Shown here one piece after another: positions 13,805 to 25,500 of a stretch of 64,000 bases of DNA; position 1 is the stretch's first letter; the number at the start of each line of letters is the position of its first letter. The stretch is from Octopus sinensis (Eukaryota): assembly GCF_006345805.1 (NCBI RefSeq), contig NC_043019.1, forward strand, positions 28,271,360 to 28,335,359, read 5' to 3'. Below the pieces are notes generated by a model. That model was not told the origin of the DNA and did not search any database. It saw only the letters and a list, made by a program, of their open reading frames with translations. The translations under genes and the position numbers were made by a program.

Positions 13805-13845
13805 TTTGTGTGTGTGTGTGTGTGTGTGTGTATATACATGTATGC

Positions 13846-13890
<45 letters not shown>

Positions 13891-13912
13891 CATATATAAT
13901 ATATACATATAT

Positions 13913-13943
<31 letters not shown>

Positions 13944-14020
13944 ATAATATATAATATATATATATAATATAATATATAATATATACATATATAATATAAT
14001 ATATAATATATACATATATA

Positions 14021-14052
<32 letters not shown>

Positions 14053-14060
14053 TATATAAT
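13805..14060. repeat. (TG)n + (TA)n compound microsatellite
   Basis: Read directly; it abuts the 5' end of the LINE fragment. Confidence 0.95.
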
Positions 14061-14063
14061 ATA

Positions 14064-15500
14064 TAACACTCACAGGAAATCCAATGAGGGTAAGTGAAAT
14101 ACTGAATGAGCAATTCAAGAGTGTTTTCACTCCACCCCTTGGGCATTTCCAAATCACCAATCCAACTGACTTCTTTACCACTATAGATATAAAATCAGAG
14201 GCAGCGATGATTGATTACATCAATATAAAGGAAGACGATGTCATAAAGGCTATAGATGAAATGAAAACAAACTCAGCTACTGGCCCCGATGGATTCCCGG
14301 CAATCCTCCTAAAAGTATGTAAGAGAGTCCTAGCAAGACCACTGCAGTTCCTCTTTCAGAGCTTCCTTGCAACTGGCAAACTGAAAGAAGGTAAAATATG
14401 CCCTATTCATAAAGGAGGTAGCAGAGCAGAGGCCAAGAACTACAGACCTATCTCTCTGACCTCACACATCAGCAAGGTCATGGAACGAATAGACAGAAGG
14501 AAACTGATCACCTTCCTTGAAGAAAATGACTTGCTGCCTGACACCCAACATGGTTTCTGACCAGGAAGAAGCTGCTTAACTCAGCTCCTACAACACTATG
14601 ACTGGGTGCTGAAACGACTGCTCAACCACTCAAATGTGGAAGTGATATATCTCGACTTTGCAAAGGCCTTTGATAAAGTCAATCATGGAATGATATGTCA
14701 CAAACTGTGTGATCTTAGCATAGTTGGAAAACTGGGAGAATGGCTTCATGACTTTCTGAAGGATAGAAGTCAGGTGGTAGTAGCCATTGGGGCCACTTCC
14801 ATTAACACGCAAATAGTGAGCGGTGTTCCGCAGGGCACTGTTTTGGGACCACTACTGTTCATAATGGCCCTCTCAGACATGCCCTCAACCACGCAGAGAG
14901 CCACGATCACAAGTTACGCAGATGATACAAAAGTTTCACAGGCAATACAGAACCCTGAAGACACTAAATGCCTGCAATGTGAGCTGGACAAAATATACAA
15001 GTGGGCTGAAAAGAATGGCATGCAGTTCAGTGCTGAAAAGTTTCAAGCTTTATGCTATCAGCATGCAAAACTAAATGCAATACCCAATGAATACACTGGA
15101 CCCGGAGGAATTGCAATCCCAGAGGCACAATCAGTGCGTGACCTGGGTATTTACATGAGTGATGACGCAACCTTTTGTGTACATGTTGCTAAATTGGCAA
15201 TGAAATGTAGACGACTGGCTGGATGGATTCTTAGAACCTTTAGAACAAGAGAACAAGAAACCATGATGGTCCTCTGGAGGACACTTGTCCTAAGCCACTT
15301 TGACTATTGCTCTCAGCTATGGTCACCATCCAGTGTCAAGTTGATCACAGAACTTGAGGCGATCCAACGTAGCTACACGAAGAAGATAGCCTCTGTGCAG
15401 CATATAAGCTACTGGGAAAGACTCAAGAGATTAAAACTCTATTCCTTGGAGCGTAGGCGAGAAAGATATGCCATAATATACATCTGGAAGATCCTGGAAG
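14064..15500 (+). mobile_element. CR1-group (CR1/L2/Crack-like) LINE ORF2 fragment, RT domain, truncated at both ends, one in-frame nonsense codon
   Basis: ORFs 14084-14560 and 14606-15523 share a frame. Motifs: GPDGFP, NYRPISLTS, QHGF*PGRSCLTQLL, YLDFAKAFDKV, SGVPQGTVLGPLLF, YADDTK, DYCSQLWSP, YSLERRRER. TGA at 14558-14560 replaces the expected CGA (Arg). Confidence 0.95.
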
Positions 15501-18500
15501 GATCTTCCAGATGTATATTATGATGATGATGATGTCTGTATGTATATTATGATGATGATGATGTCTGTATGTGTATGTATGTGTGTATGTATATATATAT
15601 ATGCAGAGATGGGTGTAAGTTCATTAATCGTTAATTAACAAAGTTAACATTTTCATTAACGATTTAACTTTTAAGTTAACTTTGAAAATCATTATTGGAC
15701 TAATTAACTTCTGTTACATTTAGCTTCCATTAACTCAAGTCCAGTAATCCAAAAATTTCATAAAAACTGGTAAACGTTTAAAAGTTTCTATTGTTTTCAC
15801 ATTGTCTTAGCATATTTAATATTGTACGTGTCATTTTCTGAACCCTGATATAACACCACATTATTTTAACTAACTTGTAGGACCTAATTTGGACCTGCTT
15901 GGATTTGAAACCAAATCCATCCACTTGTTGCTTGCAAAGACAGCAGGAAATTACTTTGTCCTGTCAAGAGGAAACAGTGATTGATGTACTTCCACTTGAT
16001 CTCTGACCTCACTGAGGTGCATGTAAACAGAGAAAATATTGACTTCCATAAAGTGGAATAAATAAATGGAAGGGAAAAAGTTGGTAAATATTTCAGTGTG
16101 AACGCAAATATTTTGGTGTGAACACAAATAGCTGTTACGTAGTAGCAGTGCATGCTAGAAATAGCAGCCAAATCTTTCTTTTTCTGGAAAAAGGAGCTGT
16201 TTACACATGATTTTGATGTTACATTTGTTGAAAGCATGCAAAATAACCTGGAAAAGATAAAAAGACCCATGAAACAAAATTCCCTTGGTAGGAAACTTGT
16301 CGCCTGCCATCTGGGATAATTTTAGTTACAAATCAAGCAGATAAAATGCATTCAATTTTAGTGTTTATCCATAATATTATTGCTTTTACACCTGCTAATT
16401 AAATTTTCTTGCCCATAAAAGTCAAATTTACTCAGCAGGATTAGCTAAAATTACATAACTATAAACCAGTGGTATATAAAGCACCCACTGACAAAATTTC
16501 AAATCTGTATGTAAAAAATTTACGAAGTTACAAGCAAATATTGTAGATACTCCTTTTGAACCTGAATAATTCAAAATAACATGAGCAAATAAGCATTACA
16601 TTTGACAGATTAATATGAACACTAAAGATGATTTTAGGTGTTTTTGTTTTTCTTACACACTCACATAACATAGACTCGCTTGGTTGGGACTACATGTGTG
16701 TTACTCTGACACCATCATTCCATTACATTTTCAAACAACGGATCAACAAAGTTAATTTTTCAATTAAGATAGATAGGCAGGCAGGCAGATAGATAACAAA
16801 AATACATATAGAGAAAATCACATCTTTTATTGTAGAATTCACCATACAAAGCCAACAATTGTTTCTATTGTGTCAACAAAGTCTTGTGGTGATGGCGATA
16901 AAGCCAGTGACAGTTTAACCCTTTAGCATTCAGATTACTCTGTTACGTGTAATGCTAACTTATTTGCATTGTTTCGAATTGATCATGGATTATCTCGTAG
17001 CTTCAAGATTTCAGCGATGTGATTGGTTATTTTTAGAATGGCATTGTAAGGTAGGTATAAAAGGCCAGATCTGACTGGTTTGAACATAGAACATTCAGAA
17101 TATTTGGGCCGGATATGATCCGTTTGATTGCCAAAGGGCTAATTCTACCACTAACTTGCACTAATGGAATTCTCATTAGTATTTTAAATGTAGTTGATGC
17201 AAGGTCTTGCTTATTTAATTAAGTCAAACCCCCTTTTTTTGTTATTTGTATTATTATTATTCCCCCCTACCCCCTAAGCTGGAACATTTGAACACGAAAA
17301 CATTTTGAACCAGCAAATATGACCGAAGTTGCTTCTGTTAACCCTATTACTTTTACACCATTCAAACAACATAACTAACCGACTAACCAACCAGAGTATG
17401 CAGACGATCACTAATTATTACAGCTGCTTGTATTGTTAATTAAGCTGATAGCTAATTAATTTCCAGATTTTTTTCAGTATTGATTTGTTTTAAGATTAAT
17501 GTTTCTTACATACTGCTCATAAAACTATTTTACCAAGAAGAATGTGTCCTTTTGGTATTCATGAATTCATATAAGGCAATAGGCAATACTGTGAAGTGTA
17601 ATTAAAAATGGAATGTTTTAATTAATGTATTGTAATTTTCTAGTGCTTTGCATAATTGATGTGATTATGTTAAAACCATTACTTTCGTTTTTAAGAATTC
17701 CATTTCATTTGGCAGTACCTTTATACCATTATTTACTGGACTACAAGTGATCTTTGAATATAAGGTTACCCTTTTTGTAAAAAACATACTTTATCCTTAT
17801 ATCTCTTTTTACATTCAGTTGATGATAATGATGATGATGGTGTGTGCATGTGTGTGTGTGTGTGTGTGTGTGTTGGTAGTTGGGTGTGTATGTCTCTGTA
17901 TACAGAAAGGTAACCTGTGCATATCCACTCAACTTGCTAGAAATAACAGCAAAATTTTCTTCTATTTGCACCATTACTACTTTTAAAAATATGATGGACA
18001 CATTTGATGATGTATCCTTTGAAAGACTGCTTTTTATCATAGGTTTGTTCAATTAGGGTGACTTAGGGTTTAGGAGTAGGATTAGGGGTTTGGGTTAGGG
18101 TTAGACTGCATGCTAAAGTGGCACTGATCATGCTTGAGCCAGGGGCTATGTCTTGCTTATGTATTATATTTTGAGCTTTGTTTCTTTGGCTGGATGCTCT
18201 TCCTTGTTGCCAACAACTTTGTAGACCATAGCAGGGTGCATTTTATAATAAAATATTTTTGCGTAGGAGTGGCTGTGTGGTAAGTAGTTTGCTTACCAAC
18301 CACATGGTTCCAGGTTCAGTCCCACTGCATGGCACCTTGGGCAAGTGTCTTCTACTATAGCCTTGGGCTGACCAAAGCCTTGTGAGTGGATTTGGTAGAC
18401 GGAAACTGAAAGACGCCCATCGTATATATGTATATATATGTTTGTGTGTCTGTGTTTGTCCCCCCCAACATCGCTTGACAACCGATGCTGGTGTGTTTAC

Positions 18501-19082
18501 GTTGCCATAACTTAGCGGTTCGGCAAAAGAGACCAATAGAATAAGTACTAGACTTACAAAGAATAAGTCCCAGGGTCGATTTGCTCGACTAAAGGTGGTG
18601 CTCCAGCATGGCCACAGTCAAATGACTGAAACAAGTAATAGAGTAAGAGTAAAAGAGTATTATAAAATGCACCCAGTATAGAGCAAGGCAAGGAATGATC
18701 TGACACTTAGAACAATTGTTGTATAGCCTTTTGTGTGACCCACTGGTGTTATGTTCTAGATATATCATGCTGTCACCTTGCTGAGAACAGTATTACATAC
18801 ACATTGTGTAATGTAATATCACAGGTGAACATGGGCAATGTGACAATCTCATATCCTCTTTCACTGTCCAGTCTTTTTCTGGTGGCTATTGTGTTCTTGA
18901 GCAAGACACTTTATATCACATTGCTCCAGTTCATTCATCTGTTGTATCAGCCTTTGTTTTTCTCTTGGACAACATCGATAGCATGGAGAGGGGAGGCTAG
19001 TATGCATGGGCAACTGCTGGTCTTCCTTAAAGCAAATTTGCCCGGACTTGTACCCCAGTGGGGAACTTTCTAACTGCAATCC

Positions 19083-19330
19083 TGTTGTGTGGACACCCCC
19101 AGACGATGAAGTAGGCTAGCCCAATACGTAGATATAGAAAGAGAAGTCTAGACGTAGAGGAGTTGAGTAGAGGTCATCCGAACGTGCAATATAACAGTGG
19201 CAACGAGGATGAGATACTGTTATATCACACGTTCGGATGACCTCTACTCAACTCCTCGATGTCTAGACTTCTCCTTCTATATCTATGTATTGGGCTAGCC
19301 TACTTTATCGTCTGGGGCGTCCACACAACA
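19083..19330. mobile_element. Fully palindromic MITE with TGT...ACA ends and 5-bp TSD (AATCC), Ginger-like
   Basis: About 115-bp inverted arms around a 17-nt spacer. AATCC at 19078-19082 and 19331-19335. A paralogous empty site with a single AATCC lies at 50530-50534. Confidence 0.88.
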
Positions 19331-19678
19331 AATCCCATGGTCATTCATGATTGAAGGGAGTCTTCTTTTTTCTTGTTATTTAGCATCAGGTCAGTTCTGA
19401 TTGATCAAGGGCATTACAGTGTGACTATCCTGCCCTTTTAGTTAGTTAGTTAATTTTTGGGGATTAAGGGTGTGTGAAGACTTCAATATGTAATGTATCC
19501 TACCTGTTTTTATTTAACTCAGTAGGGTGTGATATGGGCGTATATCTGGCTACTATTTCTTGCAGATTTGCATGTGTGTGTGTGTGTGTTTTGGGGGGTG
19601 ATCAGTCAATCAGTCTGTAGAAAAACTAGATACTGTTCACAGATGTATTGTTTCAAGATGTTCCATAATTCTGCTTAA

Positions 19679-19900
19679 CCCTTTTGTTACCAACCCGGCT
19701 GAAACCGGCTCTGGCTCTGTAGTACAAATGTCTTGTTTTCATAAGTTCTGAATTAAAATCTTCCACCAAACCTTAGTCACAATTTATGTTCCTAACACTA
19801 ACTTAATGATAACTAAATTATTTTACTAAATTCTTTGTTATATTTAAAATGAATTGAGAGAAACACAGAGCATCTCAAAATAAATACAGTAACGAAAGGG
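19679..19900. mobile_element. piggyBac-like MITE family 2 (222 bp)
   Basis: TTAA|CCCTTTTGTTAC ... GTAACGAAAGGG|TTAA. A related right end lies at 1-178. Confidence 0.8.
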
Positions 19901-20483
19901 TTAATGGAGGACCATCTGTTTGTTTTGTTCTAAGTCAGTCTTGGTCAAAAAGATTATAGAATGTTTGTAGCTTTGTACAATAACTAAGTACTTATTGTAC
20001 AAACTCCAGATGGCATTTTCTCTCTCACTTTGCAGTTTATACAAATTTATTGTTCCAAGGTATGTCATACCTCTAACTACTGTAGGGCCATACTTTACAG
20101 TTCCAGCTCTCTGTGCTGTGAGTTCAAATCCTACCAAGGTCAACTTTGCTTTTTATCTATCTGGGGTTATTAAAATAAAGTACTTGTCCAGGGCAGGGAA
20201 TCGGTGAAAATGCTTTAGACAAAATGAATTACAGTATTTGTTTTGACTCATTGCATTCTGAATTCTTGGGTAGGAAACCTAATTCATCACAATGCTTAAC
20301 ACCAGCAACTGGCACCTTGGAAGCAAATATTGGAGTTAATAACATGAGATAAACATTCAAACATCAACACTGTATTTTCAAATCCTGCTGCATTTCACAT
20401 GCAAATTTTGGCCTTCCAAAGCTGTCTTGGTTTATAAGTAGGCCTACTTTCTTTTTGGTTGTAAATTTTGTTATAAAAAATTC

Positions 20484-20718
20484 AGTTTGTTAGTTAGTTA
20501 GTTAATTTGGCTCAAAGCAAATAGCAAGGCCATGTAGGGGGACATGGAGTTAAGTACAGGGTGGTGTTCATGTAAAGAGTTCAGGCCACTTAAGGTCAAG
20601 GGAGGCCTCAAGTGGCCTGAACTCTTTACATGAACACCACCCTGTACTTAACTCCATGTCCCCCTACATGGCCTTGCTATTTGCTTTTGAGCCAAATTAA
20701 CTAACTAACTAACTAACT
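20484..20718. mobile_element. Palindrome made of two inverted CR1-type LINE 3' tails (about 108-bp arms, 18-nt loop)
   Basis: Left arm agttagttagttaatttggctc...caggccactt; right arm aagtggcctg...gagccaaattaactaactaact. Both are homologous to the 3' UTR at 57745-57855. Confidence 0.92.
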
Positions 20719-20970
20719 TTTGTGTGCCAGAAAATATATTGTATATAATGTAAAATCTCTTTCTTAAAAGAGTTGAATGTGATTTAACAAAAATTTGACT
20801 ACTATTTCTAGCATATTGACTGATTGCTTGAGTTTCGGTTGTTGCCTTATCTGTCTGTTTTACTGTGGAACTGATGAAAGAGTTTATTGTTTTAATTCAC
20901 TATCTTGAGGTATTTTGAATGTTATTCTCATAATAATATATCTTTGTTTAGGTGACTAACAAGCACAAAC

Positions 20971-21090
20971 ATGGGTCAAGCAGTCAGCAGACAAGAGAAA
21001 TTTTGGGAAGCATGTGGTTACGGTCGTATTTCAGAAGTAAGGAAATTCTTGGAGGAAGGGTCTGTCGATGTAAACTGGGTGTCATATACG
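20971..21090 (+). CDS. Ankyrin-repeat protein, coding exon 1 (MGQAVSRQEKFWEACGYGRISEVRKFLEEGSVDVNWVSYT), N-terminal capping repeat
   Basis: Acceptor tttgtttag ends at 20951. An in-frame TGA lies 18 nt upstream of the ATG, which has a strong context (caaacATGG). Donor GTAAGT at 21091, phase 0. Confidence 0.9.
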
Positions 21091-21223
21091 GTAAGTTTGA
21101 TCCTGTCTGTTGACATTGTTGTTCTTTTAACCTTTCAGCATTCAGATTACTAACTCTCAATCTCAAATGGAATGCTTATTTATTCAAATTGTTTTGTCTT
21201 TAACCCTTTAGCATTCAGATAGT

Positions 21224-21470
21224 GGAGGCGCGTGGCTTAGTGGTTAGGGTGTTGAACTCATGATCGTAAGGTTGTGGTTTCGATTCCTGGACCAGGCGAC
21301 GTGTTGTGTTCTTGAGCAAAACACTTCACTTCATGTTGCTTCAGTCCACTCAGCTGGCAAAAATGAGTTATTCTGTGACAGACCGGCGTCCCGTCCAGGT
21401 GGGGAATTTCTACACCACTGAAACCGGGAAACTGGCCCTTATGAGCCTGGCATGGCTCGAGAAGGAACAA
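21224..21470 (+). mobile_element. tRNA(Arg-like)-derived SINE type D with RTE-type 3' end, representative copy
   Basis: Head ggaggcgcgtggcttagtggttaggg...ttcgattcctgg, then ttgagcaaaacactt and gaaaccgggaaactggccc. Related heads at 50228(+), 51715(+), 51690(-) and 52332(-). Confidence 0.8.
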
Positions 21471-22590
21471 CACCACACCACCACCTTTAGCATTCAGATT
21501 ATTCTGTCAAATGTAATGATTACTTATTCATGTGATTTTGAATTAATCAAGCATTGTCTCATTGCTTTAAAATTACAATGATCTTATCATTCATTTTTTA
21601 GAACAATATTATAGGGTAGATGTGAGAGTCTGGATCTGGATGGTTTGAGTACAAAAAACAGGTAGAATATTTGGGCTGGTTTAAATACTAAAGGATTAAA
21701 CATGCATTATCTCATAGCTTTAAGATTTCAATGATGTAATAGTTTATTTTTAGAATGAAAGCATAAGGTAGGTGAAGAAAGTTGGATTTGACCATTTTTT
21801 AAAACATAAAATAGGAGAATATTTGGGCTGGATATGACCAGTTTCAATGCTAAAAGGTTAAATATTTCATTTTTTTTTTAAATTGTAGTTTTATTCTAAC
21901 AGTTCTTTCTAACAGTTGTGGAATTTAAATTATCTGACAATGTTTATTTACATATGAACTTGTTTGTTATTGTGAATATCATAATATTCAATATCTTTTT
22001 TTTTTATAATATTAAAAACAAGTAGTTTCAATAATATAAAATTTGATTGATATTGTTTTTCATCGTATCTGTCAAAAACATTAGTACACTGCACTAAATA
22101 TTTGGCATTATTTAGTTACAGATTAAGGGCAACGGTTTGGCAGAATTAATGGAGTATCGAACAAAATGCCTTGTAATATTTAGTTCCAACTCTTTATGTT
22201 CTGAGTTCAAGTCCTGATAAGGTCAACTTTGCCATTTGTCCTTCTGAAGTCAATGAAATAAAAATACCAGCCAAGTACTTGAGGTCAATATAATCAATGG
22301 TTTTTTCCAATCAATTTCCTTCTCCCTGTTCACCTTGGTAATAAGAGAAAGAACATGTTATGCAGGACATTGATGGAAAAGCAAGGCTGAAATATCTTGT
22401 GATCTCTTCTCTGGTAACCTATGCATGGACACACAGGTATTGACAGACCAAAAGAACTTGTATTGATCAGTTTGTAGAACACACAGGATATCAAGCTGAG
22501 AGGAAAGTAGATGGTTATGGATGATCAGGATATCTGGGATGGAAGAGTTGCATTAGTCCAGGCAAGTTGCCCAACTGGATAAATAGATAA

Positions 22591-25500
22591 ATATGAAGCA
22601 CTGGTCATGGTGCCATATATAAAGCATTGGTGATGGTACCACATAAAAAGCACTGGTGATGGTGCCACATAGAAAGCACTGGTGATGGTGTCACATAGAA
22701 AGCACTGGTGATGGTGCCACATAAAAAGCACTGGTGATGGTGCCACATAGAAAGCACTGGTGATGGTGCCACATAAAAAGCACTGGTGGTGGTGCCACAT
22801 AAAAAGCACTGGTGATGGTGCCACATAAAAAGCACTGGTGATGGTGCCACATAGAAAGCATTGGTGATGGTTCCACATAAAAAACACTGGTGATGGTGCC
22901 ACATAGAAAGCATTGGTGATGGTGCCACATAGAAAGCAGTGGTGATGGTGCCACATAAAAAGCATTGGTGATGGTGCCACATAGAAAGCACTGGTGATGG
23001 TGCCACATAAAAAGCACTGGTGATGGTGCCACATAAAAAGCAGTGGTGATGGTGCCACATACAAAGCATTGGTGATGGTGCCACATAAAAAGCACTGGTG
23101 ATGGTGCCACATAGAAAGCATTGGTGATGGTTCCACATAAAAAACACTGGTGATGGTGCCACATAGAAAGCATTGGTGATGGTTCCACATAAAAAACACT
23201 GGTGATGGTGCCACATAAAAAGCAGTGGTGATGGTGCCACATACAAAGCATTGGTGATGGTGTCACATAAAAAGCACTGGTGATGGTGCCACATAAAAAG
23301 CACTGGTGATGGTGCCACATAAAAAGCACTGGTGATGGTTCCACATAAAAAGCACTGGTGATGGTTCCACATAAAAAGCACTGGTGATGGTTCCACATAA
23401 AAAACACTGGTGATGGTGCCACATAGAAAGCATTGGTGATGGTGCCACATAGAAAGCACTGGTGATGGTGCCACATAAAAAGCACTGGTGATGGTGCCAC
23501 ATAGAAAGCATTGGTGATGGTGCCACATAGAAAGCATTGGTGATGGTGTCACATAAAAAGCACTGGTGATGGTGCCACATACAAAGCATTGGTGATGGTG
23601 CCACATAAAAAGCACTGGTGATGGTGCCACATAAAAAGCACTGGTGATGGTGCCACATAAAAAGCATTGGTGATGGTGCCACATAGAAAGCATTGGTGAT
23701 GGTGTCACATAAAAAGCACTGGTGATGGTGCCACATACAAAGCATTGGTGATGGTGCCACATAAAAAGCACTGGTGATGGTGCCACATAAAAAGCACTGG
23801 TGATGGTGCCACATAAAAAGCATTGGTGATGGTGCCACATAAAAAGCACTGGTGATGGTGCCACATAAAAAGCATTGGTGATGGTTCCACATACAAAGCA
23901 TTGGTGATGGTGCCACATAAAAAGCACTGGTGATGGTGCCACATAAAAAGCACTGGTGATGGTGTCACATAAAAAGCACTGGTGATGGTGCCACATAAAA
24001 AGCATTGGTGATGGTGCCACATAAAAAGCACTGGTGATGGTGCCACATAAAAAGCATTGGTGATGGTTCCACATACAAAGCATTGGTGATGGTGCCACAT
24101 AAAAAGCACTGGTGATGGTGTCACATAAAAAGCACTGGTGATGGTGCCACATACAAAGCATTGGTGATGGTGCCACATAAAAAGCACTGGTGATGGTGCC
24201 ACATAAAAAGCACTGGTGATGGTGTCACATAAAAAGCATGGTGATGGTTCCACATAAAAAACACTGGTGATGGTGCCACATAGAAAGCATTGGTGATGGT
24301 GCCACATAGAAAGCACTGGTGATGGTGCCACATAAAAGCACTGGTGATGGTGCCACATAGAAAGCTGGTGATGGTGCCACATAGAAAGCATGGTGATGGT
24401 GTCACATAAAAAGCACTGGTGATGGTGCCACATACAAAGCATTGGTGATGGTGCCACATAAAAAGCACTGGTGATGGTGCCACATAAAAACACTGGTGAT
24501 GGTGTCACATAAAAAGCATTGGTGATGGTGCCACATAAAAAGCACTGGTGATGGTGCCACATAAAAAGCACTGGTGATGGTGCCACATAGAAAGCATTGG
24601 TGATGGTGCCACATAAAAAGCACTGGTGATGGTCCCACATAAAAAGCACTGGTGATGGTGCCACATAGAAAGCATTGGTGATGGTTCCACATAAAAAGCA
24701 CTGGTGATGGTCCCACATAAAAAGCACTGGTGATGGTGCCACATAGAAAGCATTGGTGATGGTGCCACATAAAAAGCACTGGTGATGGTGCCACATAAAA
24801 AGCATTGGTGATGGTGCCACATAAAAAGCACTGGTGATGGTGCCACGTAAAAAGCACTGGTGATGGTGTCACGTAAAAAACACTGGTGATGGTGTCACAT
24901 AAAAAGCATTGGTGATGGTGCCACATAAAAAGCACTGGTGATGGTGCCACATAAAAAGCACTGGTGATGGTGCCACATAGAAAGCATTGGTGATGGTGCC
25001 ACATAAAAAGCACTGGTGATGGTCCCACATAAAAAGCACTGGTGATGGTGCCACATAGAAAGCATTGGTGATGGTTCCACATAAAAAACACTGGTGATGG
25101 TGCCACATAGAAAGCACTGGTGATGGTGCCACATAAAAAGCACTGGTGATGGTGCCACATAGAAAGCATTGGTGATGGTGCCACATAAAAAGCACTGGTG
25201 ATGGTCCCACATAAAAAGCACTGGTGATGGTGCCACATAGAAAGCATTGGTGATGGTGCCACATAAAAAGCACTGGTGATGGTGCCACATAAAAAGCACT
25301 GGTGATGGTGCCACATAGAAAGCATTGGTGATGGTGCCACATAAAAAGCACTGGTGATGGTCCCACATAAAAAGCACTGGTGATGGTGCCACATAGAAAG
25401 CAGTGGTGATGGTGCCACATAAAAAGCACTGGTGGTGGTGCCACATAGAAAGCATTGGTGATGGTGCCACATAAAAAGCACTGGTGGTGGTGCCACATAG

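Noticed and set aside
13763-14181. Ile/Tyr-rich ORFs (also near 45040, 49760 and 54300)
   Set aside because: They are translations of (TA)n microsatellites.
15884-16270. 128-aa minus-strand ORF as a transposase or host exon
   Set aside because: No recognisable domain motif or convincing splice sites.
18053-18104. Interstitial telomeric repeat
   Set aside because: Only a few degenerate TTAGGG units over about 50 bp; too short to support a telomere-fusion or healing event.
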